This document shows positions 13,501-28,500 of a stretch of DNA of 64,000 nucleotides, piece after piece; within the stretch, counting starts at the first letter, position 1, and each line of letters starts with the position of its first letter. The notes beneath the pieces were generated by a model. It saw only the letters and a program-made list of their open reading frames with translations. It did not search any database and was not told the origin of the DNA. Position numbers and translations under genes: made by a program. This DNA comes from Candidatus Omnitrophota bacterium (GTDB taxonomy: Bacteria > Omnitrophota > Gorgyraeia > JAFGHF01). The stretch covers positions 1,236,575 through 1,300,574 of the forward strand of contig CP070837.1 in NCBI GenBank assembly GCA_020341815.1. The letters are read 5' to 3'.

Positions 13501-16500
13501 CAATTTAGGGTGGGCTCCTTCTATCAGCCCCATTTTTATAGCAATAAATATGTAATATTCTTTTTGAAAAAAGGCATAGATATTACAGATTCTACCGGAA
13601 AATATTTGACAGAAAATTGCCCTTACCTTTATTCTGCGCTTCCTTTACGTAAAAATATGGGATTTTTGAATATGATTTGCACAAAACGCGCACAGGCTTA
13701 TGAAGATTTATTGAAAGATGTCCCCGCCGCTATTGCAGAATGTGAGAGGATGATTACAATTAGAGATAAAAAAGATGATAGCGATAGAAGATTTGATAAT
13801 TTGATTTATGGTAAATTCTTTAATCTTTGTAGCCAAAACGGCTGTTATGAGAAAATTAATCCCGAATTGCTTAGAGTTATCCGTGTTTATGCCGGAATTC
13901 TTAGTGAGATTTTTGACGATAATCCCGGCAATATAGATGAAATCGATTTAGTTGTTTTAAAAAAGACATTCAGAAAAAGCGAGGAATTTAAGTTATATGA
14001 GAATTGCGCAAAGCTGGACTGGAATACATTTTGCCGTGGATTAGAAAAAAGTTCTTTAAAGACATATTTCGAAAGGCTTATTAACAAAAAAACTGTATTT
14101 CTTGAAAGAGGAGACAGCTTTGATCCTGAAGTTGAGCGCCAGGTAAATGAATTAACTCGGCTCTTGGGCAATGCAATTATGTGGGTTAGATTAATGGCGT
14201 TCTTTGAGGATGATATTTCTGCAGAGACATTAGGGGTGTCTATAATGCCGAATATGTTTGACACAGTAATTACAAGCTATGCCGGCAGGCGCTCATCCAG
14301 GTCTTCGCCTATAAGGCCTACGGAAGAGCCGCTTTCTCCGATAGCCGCTTGCGCCTTGAAGAATCTTAGACAGACAATTTTACTTATCGATGTATTAGTA
14401 AGAGATAATTATGATAAAAAGGATATGGATATCCCCGATCTAATTTTTAGTAACCTGCAAGCTTTAGAAAAAGATTGTCAAGTAATTGAGAGCGAAGTAA
14501 TTAAAATATTCAAGGCATTATGCATAAAAGATAATTATGATAACATTCTGACATATATGAAAAATTTTCATTCAGAGATTGGGGTAATTTTGTATAGATT
14601 ATTTTTGGTGACTGCAAGAATTGATATCGCTAAAAATATTTACAAAAAACTGGGTGAAGCGATAAGCACCTTATATCTTGTTATTGAAATGACAATTAAT
14701 TTCATTCAATTCCAGACCATAGGCTTTCTGAATTTAACAGAATATTATGAAGTCACAGAGAATCGCAATGAGGAGACGAAGGAAAGTTCATATATTCTTT
14801 ACATTGGAAAAATGCTGCTGGGTATGTTCTGCCACTGGAAAAGACGCTTACGTAAATTAGAGGAAAGAGGCGGGATGAATTTGGCGTTAAGCGACCTAAA
14901 TGTCTTTGGTGAAGCCGGTTCCGGATTATGGGAATTGATAAAGATTTCTTATAATTTGAAAAAGGTGTTTGCAATAGCAGATCATTATTTTCCTCTGCTT
15001 CTGGATCCGGAAGATAAGAAAACGCCTTCCGATACGGAGGAAGAGAACGATACGGAAGTTGCTCATGTAGCGAAAGGGTTAATCGAAGTACTTCTGCTTG
15101 CTCAGGTAACCGGAGGTATATTCCCTTGGGGTATCAGAGGCCCAGGAGCGCATTCTTCTCCGGTGATCCAGATTGAACAGATACAAAACTGGCTTAAAGA
15201 GCGCATTAACAGCCCGCCTGACGAAGCCTTTGTGAATTTCTCCCCATCAGCCCAATCCAGCCCAATCCGCAATGAAAAATACCCCCAGACCCCCTCCCAA
15301 AAAATCAAACCCCTTAGCAGCCCAGCAATAAGTAAGAGCAGAGAAAAGATAGCGCAATTAAAGGAATTGCTTGAAGAGCCAAAAAATGCGGCCTGGCTGG
15401 CCTATCTTCCGATTAAGGGGCAGATGAAAGGCAGTAATAAAGATGAATTAATAAAGTCAGTTATGGCCTGGATTAGGAAAATAAAATCCTTTAAAGATAC
15501 TTACATGCAAGAATTGAAAGATATAGAAGATGAGATAAGCAATGTTTTTAAGCCGATTCTTATTGAGTTTAGCGATATTCTGGGCCAGGCTGCAGATATT
15601 GGGGAATATTTCGTGAAAAAATTAGAGAAGACTACTTCGAGAGACTTAAATATCTTTCTGCAACAAGGACAAGAGGTGCTTAGAGTCAGAAATTACATTG
15701 AAAAACTACTTAAAAATTTAGAAGAGGCAAGTAAAACGCGCAAGGGCACTTCCGGAGCCGAAGAATTTATGTTACTTTTCGGGTGTGAAAACTGCCTGGA
15801 AACCCTCAATAATGTTAAACAGATGAAAGGGCCGAGCCTGTTACAAGTCTTTACCGTATTGCACTTTAGCATTCAATGTTTATTGGCGGCATTAAGCTTT
15901 CTTGGCCAGGATGAGTGGTTCCTCCTTAAAGAAAGAAAACAGATATATGAGGAATCGCTAGGACGTATAAAAAAATTATTGAAGAAACTATATCAACTGC
16001 AAAATGAAGCTAAAGCTAAAGGTGTTAATAATAAGATAGTAGAAAGGCCAAAGACAGGAAAAAGGGCCCTGTATAGGTATTTTAAAACGGATATACAATA
16101 TTTGGTTGTTAAAATTGATTATTTAGATGCAAGATGGACTACATATGGGGAAGAAACAATGACAACCATAAGAGAGGAATTAGAAACGAACTGGGAAGAG
16201 AGGATTTCATGGTATGAGAAAGTATTGAAAGAATTAACATCGTCTTCGCCCCTGGAGAGCCCAATCATCCTATCTTTATCCCCGCCATCCAGTTCACCTG
16301 CCATTAAACAGACAGAAGATTCAAACGGAAAAATAAAAAATCAGTCGGCGTCTATACATATTGATTTTGACAAACTAGAAAGAGCAAAGCTGCTTTCCTG
16401 TTTAATCGAATTATCTTGCCTTGAAGGAAATAGAACCAAAGAGGAAGTCCTGAATATTATTATTTTATCTGAACAGGGATATACAGAAAAAGAAATCGCT

Positions 16501-19500
16501 AAAAAAATAGGAGGGTCTCAACAAAATATAAGCCAATTTTTTCAGTTTTTACGCAGGCGCCTGGAATTGCTTATAATGAATAGTCATATAATAAGATTAG
16601 GCATAGAAAAATTGCCGGAAGAAGCAGAAAATTATTCTTATCCTGTGAAAACATTAATGGTGCGGCTGTTTCTATTAAGAGAAGCAATGTTGAAACTCGC
16701 ATTGCAGGAGTGTAAAGAAGGAACAGAAGAATGCAAGAAAATAATAAAAAAATTAAAAACCCTAGACACAAAAAGTAAAAATTTAAATAGAGATATATCA
16801 ATCTTTATAGAATTCCTTATAACATTAAAAAAATCAATGCTTATTAAAAAATTTAGTATTTCTGAAGATGTAATATGGCGTGTTTTAAATAAATATGCAC
16901 CATTGCTTGAGGATATTCTTAAAAAAGATTACAAAATAAAAATAAATATAGGCAAAGACCCATCCTCAAGCTTCAGTTCACCCGCGTTTAATCGTGAGGA
17001 TAGGATGATTGAGGAGGCTTTACGGAGGACAGAAGTTATGCTGTATGGTATAGGTTATTCTCTGAGAGGTGACTTTGCTGAGATGTATAAAGATATCCTT
17101 GATAATATAGAATTTGGCGGCAGAAAGATAGATTTTATAGAAAAAACGCCGGAATGGCAAAAGGCGCATAAGATAATAGATTTTATTTCTGCTGTAAAAA
17201 GATATGGCTATTTGGATAAGAATAGCCCTATAGTGCGGTTTCTTGCTTATGACTTGTCCTGGAATCAGGAATTTCGCACTTCCTTTGAGAATTATGCAGA
17301 TCTTTTATATGCGGCGGCTTGTCAATTGATTTATATTTTATTAGATGCATTTTTATATAATAGTAATGAGAAAGATGATAAAGTTTCAGTCTTCAACAGC
17401 GCTTCAAAGCCCGTAATTGTAGTTTTTCTTGATAACAATAGAGATATGTCCGATAGACAATGTATGCTTATAGATATGGATTTTGGCATAAAAAAGGATA
17501 AAGAAAAAGACGAATTTTCATTTACATATACAAAGTTTAGGTTAGGGGACTTTTATTATCATCATTTTTTTGGTAGAAAATATCTGGTATGTCTTTTAAG
17601 GGAAATAGAAGATAATAGACAAAATAGGCCCATTAAAGATTACTTAAGCAAAGAATATGCTTATATTTATTCTGCATTACCTTTAGAGAGAAATACCGGA
17701 TTTCTAAGCCTGGTTTGCGGAAAGCGTGCACGAGCTTTGCATGATTTCCACAGTAAAACCGAAGCCGCCGTTCGAGAATGCCAAAACGTGCTTAAAATTA
17801 GACAGGGGGCTTTCGGTAATTTGATTTACGGAGAGCTATTTCATATCTGTATGCAAAATGAAGAGAATAGATATACGGCCTATAATTTGGTGGGGAATGT
17901 TTTTACTTACGCCCGTATTTTTTACGATATTTTTAAGAATAATATAGAAAAGGTTGATTTATCTATTTTGAAAGGTGCCATCAAAAACAGCGATGAGTTT
18001 AAAGGTATCTACAGACATTGCGTAAGATTATACTGGGATGAGTTTTGCGAGCAAATTCAGGGTAAAAATTTAGAGACTCATTTTTCAAGAATTATTAATA
18101 AAAATGATATATTTACAGAATTGAAATCCGATAATTTAGATTTATTATTCAAGAATATAATTATGTGGATTAGGCTAATGGCATATTTCGATGAGCACAT
18201 TACCCCGCAGACATTCGGCGGTAATATGCAGCAGCTTCTGAATACGATAATCCATAGGGCTTATGAATTGAATAATAAATTGTCCAGCTCTCCGACTTTC
18301 TTTGTAAAAGAACGGCCATATATGAGTGCAGAAGCGGAAGAGACGCTTAAATTTAAAGAGGAAACATTAGTAATTAAGTCTCTCACAAAAGAAGAAAGGG
18401 GCTTATTGGCTAAATATAGAGAAGAATGCAATGCCTTAAAGCAGAATCCAGTGCAGTATCTTAAGGCAGCCTTAGGGTTGATAAAGTATGAAATCTCCTT
18501 AGGGCGCATCCGTTCCGCCGCAAAGCTCCTTATGCGCGTGGAGGAAAAATTGACAGCCATTGCTGAAAAGAATACCGGGGACCTGCGGGAACTATTGGAA
18601 AGGGATAGTTGCATAGAAGATATCGCGGTTTATCCGCAGAAAAGAAAGGCACTATTGAAAACCATGAGGTTGCAGCCTTTTGCTTCTCAGGCCAAGAAAG
18701 AAATACTCGAATTGATAAAAAGGATAAAGCAACAAAGGGTAATCGTCAAGGTCGCTTTAGCACGCAGTCGATTATATATCGAGCTATCTCCTGATAAATT
18801 GGGTGTGGCCCGGGCTCATTTAACTATAGCTCGCCTCTGCGAAAATGCTCTTGAAGAAAATACAAAAGCAATATGGGCTTGCCTGTCTGCTTTGAACAAT
18901 TATAGAGTTGTCTTTCTGGAGACTCAAAATGAAGAAACGAAGGAAAGGGCTCGCCAAGACGCCAAAGTGGCGCAGATGTACTACAAGCGCCTATTGCGGA
19001 AATTCCCCAAAGCTCGCGAGGAATATCTAAGACAATTAAGTGAGTTTAGAGAAAAAAGAATATTTTTCAATAATAACAATGGAGCTTTCCGCTTCGATAT
19101 AGATACCCTATTGAATAATTTACCTCATTTACTAAGCCAAAGAGAAATCATCTATCTTTTAAATAAAAGAAAGCTTGACGAACATTTCTATAAGCGGCTC
19201 TTGAATAATAGAAACAAAGCACTTAGAAACCACAGAATACCGAATTTTAATGCAAAAATAATTAGAATTAGAAGTGGACAACGGCCAAAATTTAGCGGCT
19301 CTCGGCATAATTATTTCGATGAGATACTCTCTATTATAGCCGATACAGACGGGCAAGGAGAATTTACGGCTGACTCTATATGGATAAAGCTGAACATCGA
19401 TGTGCCGGGAGTAATAGAGCCAATATTTATTGCATTCAGAATTACAAAGATTGGTGCAAAATCAAGCGAAAGAGCTCTTACTAGCAGAGAGTTATGGCCG

Positions 19501-22500
19501 AATTACCGCATAGAAATTTATTGCGGAGCGGAGAATTATAACAAGGTGAGAGAAACTATTTCCTCGCCCATCGGGAAAAAGGCAGTTAAGCCGATTACGA
19601 ATCTTAATTTTAGCAGAATAAACACGCTAAAGATACTTTCCTGGATAATGAGATTATCTTCATCCAGCTCGCCGGTTATTATAAAAATTACTCTCCATGC
19701 GTTAAACGAGAAATCGAGTTCTTTGCTAAAGAATAAAAAGATCTTAAGAGGAAATCTCCTTAAATCCATATCCATAGAAGGAAGTTTCGATGAGATTGAA
19801 AGGCGGGCCGAGGAGCGCATTCCCGATGAGATTAACAGGAGAATATTTATTCTAAAAGTTTTGGGATTTAAAGGTCCAGAGATTGCCAAGATTCTTTATG
19901 AGGAATATTTGACAGAAAAAATTTTGCATAGGGCAAGTATAAGCCTTAGATATTTAGAGGCAAAAATGCAGTTTCTCGGAATTGCAGAAGAAAAGAAACC
20001 CAGAAAGATTAAAGAGAGAAAATGGACCTGGGACTTGCTTGTTGACCAGTGGTGCAACAAAGAGCTTGTGTTTCTTGCAAAAGTCAGTGCTAACGGCATC
20101 TGGATTGGCAACAGCCCGGATGGCAAGCAACTTGTGCTTAATAAAAGCCGCAAGAAGATATATCGGCAGATAGAACAAGTAGTCGTAAGAATATTAGCCA
20201 GAAATGGTTTTAAAATTGCCTATGTTTATTCATTAAACGGAGAAGAAATAGACGCAAAGCGTCTTTGGCTTAAAGAGAATAAGCTTTGCCAGGAGAGTTT
20301 TGCTGTTAATGTTCTTTCAGATGATTTCGAAATAGAAATGCTAAACGAAAATGGCCTAAATTGTTTTGCCCGGAAAATAGCCAGAGAGATGGGCAGGGCA
20401 TTGGAAATTATTGAAGAAGCCACGAAGAAAAGAGATTACAGAAAGGCTATGCAAGGCATCAAATCGCTTATCGAAAAGATATCTGAAGAGAAAAATAACT
20501 TATTGAAAAGTAAACAGGGGAAATCTCTTGAGCTATTGAGAAAATGGAAAGCTGTAATTTATGGAGTATTCTATATCTATGATGAAGAAATGAGTTTGAC
20601 TGATTGCCTGATAGGCCTAATGCGTAATTTCAGATTTTTAGATGAGGGAATATATCCAGCAGAAGCAAAAGAAAGTAACCGGAAAATAATATGCATCTTA
20701 AAAAAGATTAAAGGAAAATTACAATCAAAGTTTTTCAATGAGCTTGTTTTCAAAGATACCACTATAACTACAAAGCTTATTTTGGATAAGGTTGCTAAAG
20801 TTGAGTCTGTTGCCGATTTGGCCAATAATTTAGTCCTGGAGTTAAAGGGCTTAATAGATGATTTGCAAATAGAATTAAAACCAGGAGAGGATTATTCAAA
20901 TCTAAAGAAAAAAATAGATACATTTATTAATGATAATATTCCCCCTTCTGTTCAGTCCCTGGAAGCGCCTTCTCTTAAACGGTTTTTGGAAAATAAGAGC
21001 AAGAAGACCTCTCCCGATTTAAGTGAGGAAGGAATTGAATTAGAGAAGCAGATGGCTCTGCTTCAGTCATTTAGAGATAACGCAATCAATCCTTTATCAG
21101 GAATTCTATTAAATTTCCAGCTTATAAATCAAGAAGATTTCTTGGATAAGGTTTCTGAAATAAATAGGATGCGAATGGAGGCTTTAGTTAAATTAAGGAA
21201 TATTGTAATTCTTTTAGAGGAGCTAACTTATCCGCTGAGGCATTATTCAGGCAGGAACTTATATCCGATAATAGTTAAATATAAAGAAGATACTCTATTG
21301 CCATATATAGGCTTGCCTGAACATAACATGGGAGATGTTCAGAGGTACTCAAGCCCGGTAGTGTATTTCTTGGATGAGATAGACGTTTCTAAAGAGGTAT
21401 TGGAAGAAGAAATTGATACATGGAATCCTCTTGAGGATAATCCACGTGAAAAAGAAGAATATATTAACTGGAAATGTGGATGGGGATGGGCCTGGACCAA
21501 GGATCCCCTGGAGCGTTACATTGTTTTAGAACTGATACTTATGCGATGCCGCAAGGATAATATCATAGATGTAACTTCAGATGAGAAGGGCAGGACTAAG
21601 CTCATTTTCACTCTGCCGCCACCCAATAGGATAAAAGAAGCCGTTGTAGAAAGCCGTCTTATCCGGCCGGAACTTATTGCTTATGATGAAGCTTTTGCAT
21701 CTATAGTCAATCCCGAGTTTCAGCCATTAAAGGTTGTTGCCTATCTGGCAGCGGGAGCGAATATTTCCCATCTTTACTTTTTAACCCATTTTGCAGGGGA
21801 AGATACAGAAAGAGTCGAAATTGTCTTTGTTAAGACAAAATTACCAGAGATAGATACAGAGCTTCAAGAAGAACTTGAAGGAAAAGTCCAAATCTGCTGC
21901 CAGAGAGCAGCCTCTGTTCTTCCCAGTGATTATGGAAAGTTCTTGCCTGGCGTCTCTAAATGGCTGGGGCCGCAAGGATATCTGCTGTTGAATCCTTATA
22001 TTGAATCCAGGAAGCTCTTCAATCCTATGGATTCTTTGCAGAATAAGAATTTTACCCTTATATCTGAAAACGAGCAAATAGAAAGATATTTACAAGAAGT
22101 AAGGCGTGTCTCTATTGAGATGAAAGTTCAGCCTTACGGCTGGTATATGAATTTGCTCCAGAAAAGCAGCTCACCAGTAAATATAGAAATCTCTAATTAT
22201 GAGATAGGTTCGGAATTGCTTATTAATCCTTATGGCGAAGGCCTAATGCCGTTGCATAACTTAGCTTCTGGGCTGGGGCCTCTTGACTGCGCAAAAGAAG
22301 GGAATCATGATATTGCGCTCTCAAATGGAATTGCTGCATTGGCAAAAGTTATAGCAGCTAAAGTGAGCCAGAGGCCGCAGCAGCATATGATTATAGTGCT
22401 CTTTGGAGGAGTTGCGCAGGCTGGGGGAGATGCCTATCGGAGAGAATTGGAGCTATCAATTAACGAATGCTTGAAAAAATTCAAGGTCAACAAGGAAGTA

Positions 22501-25500
22501 ACAGTTAAGCTTTCTTCTATGGGTAATGAGAATGTTATCATTGGCGCGATAGATTATGCCATATCAAAAATGTCTGCTTCTAAATACGATAAATATGAAT
22601 GGTTCTGCGGTGTGGATTTGGGAGGTAGTGGAGTGCGGCTAGTTTTGGTAAATCCGAAAACGGGAGAGAAGAAAACTATACACCAGTTCGATTTCTCTAA
22701 GCTGGAAGAGACTATTGAGGGAAAGCCTATACTAGCGTATTGGGGAGATTTAAGAAAGGAGTTTCGCAAGGGAGCTCAAAAATTAAATATAGACTTAAAT
22801 AATAGTGTGCCCGATAATCTGACAGGCAGAATTTTTAATAAAAAACAAAAGGGTATTCACAACAAGATTTCCGATATTTTCTTGAAGCATATAACGGCAT
22901 TAATAAGAGAAGTAGTGGGGGATAAAAAGTGCCCTGTATGTATTGGCGCGCCGGGAATATTTGGTGACGAAGGCCGGGTGAGGCTTATGTATAATTTACC
23001 TTTTACGGGCATTAATGTAAAAGAGGCCTTAGAAGAAGCGCTGGGTTTACCGGTATATATGGGTAACGATATGTACTGTGCGGGAAGAGGGGAGGCATTA
23101 GAAGGCTGGGGTAAGAACAGGTCCTGGAGAGAATTTCTTATCGTGGGAATAGGAAGCGGGATTAATATGTGTTTGGTAAAGAGGCGATATCGGGTTTTAA
23201 CCGATGTTCGGCTAAGGGCCTATTTATTTGCTTCGGCATGGAATATTGCAAATGAGGCCGTTAATAGAGGAATAAAGATAGTATTTATCAATGGTAAAAG
23301 CGCAGTACAGACAATGCTGTTATTTGAAGAATGCCGAAAAAGACTATATCCGGAAAGCGATAGGCCGATATATATATGGTTACAAGGCGCTAATAGAGCA
23401 GGCACAGGCGGGTATTATGCAGAAAGGGTTATTAATATAATTAGATACATTGAAGAGTGCCTTAATGAGCCTGTTCTTATTATTGATGACTCTGTAAGCG
23501 GTACTTTAGCGAAGACAAAAGAAATATTAAAAAATGAGTTCGGCAAGAAAGATGAGGTGTATACCGCAGCTTTAATATTGCAGCCTTGTTGCCGGAGCTT
23601 AGATATTGAGCTGACAATTATGCCAAAAGAAATAATGCTTGAGGAGTTATGGTATAGAACCTGGAATTGGTATTTGGCAAGAATTAACAATAACTCTGCC
23701 CCGGATAAATTATTAGGCCTTCTTAACCAAGACTTGCCCTGTGATTTTGAGCTTTTGGTTGAGGAGGGGGCAAAGTCAGATGCCTGGGAGAAAATTAGAT
23801 TTAGAAATCAGGTCGATTCATTGCTACAAGAATATCCTTATCTAAAATTATCATATAGTTTTCTTAGAGAAAACCCGGAGGTTTGCAGGAATTTAGGTAT
23901 AGATTTGCAAATTCCCTTCGCAACAGTAAATATGCAATTTAGCCGCATGGTGCAAGAGGTCTTTGGTATGAAGTGGAAAGAATTAAAAAGAAAATATCAG
24001 GCCACGGATGGGCCATTTTTCACGGCATTGAGAAAACAGATAAAGCCGATATTAAAAGAATATCCTCGCATTCCCGAGAAAAGATTGTATTACATCATCA
24101 AAAATGATAAGCCGGCCTCAAGAATGCATAGCTTGGAAATTTTTTATCTCAGGCTAAAACAGATGGGCGGATTAAAAGGATTGCGTCGAGAGGTAACTGG
24201 GAAACAGGGTGCAAAGATACTTTCCTCGCCTGCTACACAGGAAAGTTCCATAGAGAAGAAATACGATTTGACTTGTCTAGGTTTGCTTAAATTTGCAACG
24301 GAGGTAAAAGGAAATCACGAATTTACCAAATTACTTGTAACTTTGATACAGGAAATAAGAAGGATCTTGTTGTACTATTCTGATAAAACGCCATTGACTC
24401 TTTCCAAAAAGGAAATTTTTGAAATTATTCAAAATAAAAAGGACGCAAAAGAGCTTTATGGATTCCTCCGGGAAGATCAAAAGTTACACGAAAAACATCC
24501 CTCCTATCCTCCCAAATATAATCTGGTAATTCAATTGATGGAGAGATTTCTATCCCAAATCAAAAAGAATCCTTATATAAAATGCTGTAAACGAAAATAT
24601 TTTGATAGTTGTATTCATTGCTTACTTGCTTTTGATAATGAAGAAGTAATAAAAGCGATTCTTGATGTTTTATCTCATTCAGAAGAAGAAATCAAACAGT
24701 TCGCAAATAAGCTGATTAAGGAATATTTACAGAATGATAATATCCTTTCAATAAGAGAATTGATGGATGCATCTTTAGCGAAAAAAAATAATCTTTGTCA
24801 TTTCTTGGATAGCCTCTCCGTTAATAACAGCACTGTCAAAAATATTTTAATTGTCTTGCTGGGCATTCTATTTGCCTCTTCTGAAGATGAAAGATTTGAA
24901 TTGGCTAAGAAAGAAAGAAGGGATATTGTTCTCAATGCATTTGAGAATAAGGCCTTAAATAAACTTATTGAGTTTTTGAAGAAAAAGGAAAGTTCTATAT
25001 TAAGGGCCTTAAAGAAGAAGCGTTGGAAGAAGTTAGAAGCGGAGAAGAAATCATTAGATGAGCGCCTGAAGACATTACGTTCTGATTATGGAAATAATGC
25101 TATTGGCATTATTTCGCATACGATTAGCGATGGGGCCGTTATAATTCCTTCCGAAACTTCAGAAGTTAAAGGTTGCAATCTGGCTGAGTTTGATTTGGAA
25201 GATGGTGTTCTTTGTAGAATAACTTTCCTGCTAGATAGCGAAAGAGATTCTTCGGAGAAAATCCATGGGAATGAAGCGCAACAGATAAAAAAGAGATTTG
25301 ACAGGACATTAGGGTTACTTGAGTATATTTTCAATATGGTCAGGGAACAAAGACCTGTGCCGTTTGCCAGCGTAAAGATTAGAGATAATGATTACAAGAT
25401 TTTTGTGGATGCGGGAAAGATCTATCCAGAACTCATCAAGGTTTATCAAGTTTCCAGCTCGCCTATTAAGATATCTGAACATAATATAGAAGCCATAAAG

Positions 25501-28500
25501 CAAGTCGGTGAGCTTATTAAAAAAGATTTCTATATTCATGTAAGTACAGCAATGGAGAAATCAGAATATACAGACACCAGGGAACATTTTTCAAGAGATA
25601 TCAAGACTATTTTAAGGAAGAAATGGCATGTCTTAAGGGCTGAATCCAAGAAGAAAAATAAAGAAAAGTTTAAAAAAGAAATAGATGCGTTGTTTAGCAA
25701 TGATCCATGGATGGAGGTGGATGAGATATCGAAAAGCCTTGAGTATGATTTCAGGTCCAGAACAGAGTTAAGGGAAGCAGTAAAATATGCTTTTGGGAAA
25801 AATTTAGGACCATTGAGAAAAGAATATCAAGAAAAATATTTGGCGCAGGTTGAAATGCTGGCGCAGTTATTATTAGATAAAGACATTTTTATAAACTTTA
25901 AAAAAGCAAAAGATGAAATAGCCAAAATGATTCCCAGTATAGCTGACATATCCAATGCTACATTTCACAGAAGGCTTCCCTCCGGGGGATGGTATATGAT
26001 GCAGGTCCGCAAAACAGACAGACTTCTAAGGGCATATTATAGAAGATTCTTTAAAGAGGAAAAGAAAGAATTTAACTTGGCTAATCTTTATCCAGTCTTT
26101 AAGAATGAAGGATATTCTATATCATTATCAGAATTCCGCAAAAAGATGCGTTTTGTTTTAGTGCAGCTTGCTTTAGAGAAATTAGAGAAAGACAAATCTA
26201 TTTTAAAGAGCATTTTAGCCTTTAAAAAGAAAGGATATCCTATATTAGTGCTGTCATTTCACAAAAAGATGTATTCTAATTTAGTGGAATCTGCTTTAAA
26301 GGCAATAAAAGAAGATGAAGAAAAGAACACGGCTCAGAGCTCGCCTGTAGTGTCATCTGTGGAAGACAGGATAAAAAGGGTTTGCGAAAGAGCAGCTGTG
26401 CTTTTTAAATCAAGGTTGCCTAGTAAGGCCATAGAGACATATGAGCAGGCTATTGAATTAGCCCTTAAGCATAATTATGGCACTATCGGGCAACTTTATC
26501 TTACTGTAGCCAGGACTTGTTATTATTCCCAGCAGTATAAAAAAGCCATTAGATATTATGAATTAGCCCTTAAGCACGGTATGAATAACAGGTCTCTGTA
26601 TTATTATATAGCAGTTTCATGTTATAAATCTAAAAGGTATAATCGGACAATAAAAAATTGCAGAAAAACAATTAAACAATGCTATAGACAAAAGGATTCA
26701 TATCATTATTTAGCCATGTCATATATGATATTAGCAAAAAAAATAATGGGCCGATATATAAGAAAAGATACAGGCAGGAAAAGCAATAAAATTATCAGGG
26801 CAGCAAAATCAAATAACATATGGGTAACTCTTTTTAAGAAAGCTGTTGCTTATTTTGAAAAAGCTGATCCTAGGCATGAACATTTACAGATTGCGGCAAA
26901 ATGCTGCTATTTTTTAGGATTTATTGATCAGGATTTCTTTATTCGGGCAGTTGAAAAATTAGAAAAAGATATCAATGATTATGGAGATGATCCCTGGTCA
27001 TATTTATTTTTGGCGAATACCTTGAACCAGTTAGAAAGATACGAGGAAGCTATTTATAATTATTTGCAGGCGTTTAAATGCGGCCATGACGAAATAAAGG
27101 TGTATTTTAATTTGGCAGAGGCCTATATACGTAACGGGGAATGTCCCAAGGCTGTGGAGATACTTGAGCCGTTCTTGAAGTCGTACAGTAAGAATTTCCG
27201 CTTGCAGCTTACTCTGGCAAAAGCATATTTCATAAACCAGGAATATTACAAGGCCCAGCAATGCTACAACGAAGCTGGTACATTAAAACCTGAAAATACA
27301 TCCGTGCTTTTGGGATTGGCTGGGGTTTGGAGGATAAAAGAGAATTATGATATGGCTGAAAGATATCTCACAAAAGCTATAAAATACGATCCCGAGGATT
27401 GGCTTTTGTATAAGGAGCGGGGATATGTTTATTTATTAAAAGGTGATTTTAATAAGGCTATTGAAGATTATAAGAAGGCGATATCCCTTAATCCCGGCAA
27501 CGAAAGATTATATATATTCTTAGCAGAAGTATATAGTGCAATGAGTGACCTCTCTTCCGCCAGAGAAATGGTTAACAAGGCAAAACAAATTGACCCTAAC
27601 ACGCATATTCCTAATAAGTTAGGCATAAGCTCACCTGTAGAAGAAAAGGGAATGCTGAAAAGTCTTGATATGGAAGATTATGTTTCAATAGGATTTAAGC
27701 TTCCAACAGGGGACAATATTATCCAAATTCACAAAGAATTATTTAATGTTATTATTCTTGAATGGTCTAAGCAGAAGGGTTTGGATGTTTCTCCTGAGGC
27801 GATTCTTTATGTACTTTCAGGATTTTTGGAAAAAGAATATGCTTTTTTAAAGGAAAAAATTAAGGATGAGGATATATTTAATTTTTATATAAGTAAAAAG
27901 GTAATACCTGACTTGTTAGATATAGCAAGAGAAATGCCTCCCGATAAAATTCCCGATAAAGATATATGCTGGACGAAAAAAGAAGAAGTATCTAATATTG
28001 AGGATATTTTCCCGAATATAGCAATCTATCTTTTTAGGCTTTGGAGGCTTATCCAATGTAAACAAAAAGAATCATGGAATGATTTTTTTAAGCGTCATCC
28101 CGTGCCGGTTGTAAATTATGGCAATAAGAAGCATTTAATCTTTGGATATGGAAGTCATCGTTTTCTTCTAAGTTGCCTGTTGGGACATACAAAAATTCCC
28201 GTAGTGGTTTACAGAGCCAAAGATAATAATGACTCAAAACATATATCTTTACCGATAGCTACGGGATATCTTTATAGAAAATATATGTGCGGACACAGGT
28301 ATCTTCAGGATACCGAACAGACTATCGTAGGAACTATATTTGCCCGCTTGGGAGAAATTGCCGATAATTTTGGAGCATTTTCAAAAATAAATCGCGATAA
28401 GGATGGAAACACAGTAATCCGGTTCGATGTGCCTTCCTTTCCCGACAATTTTTCAGAGAGAGAAAAAAATAAAATAACAGCCGAATATGAGGGAGCATTA

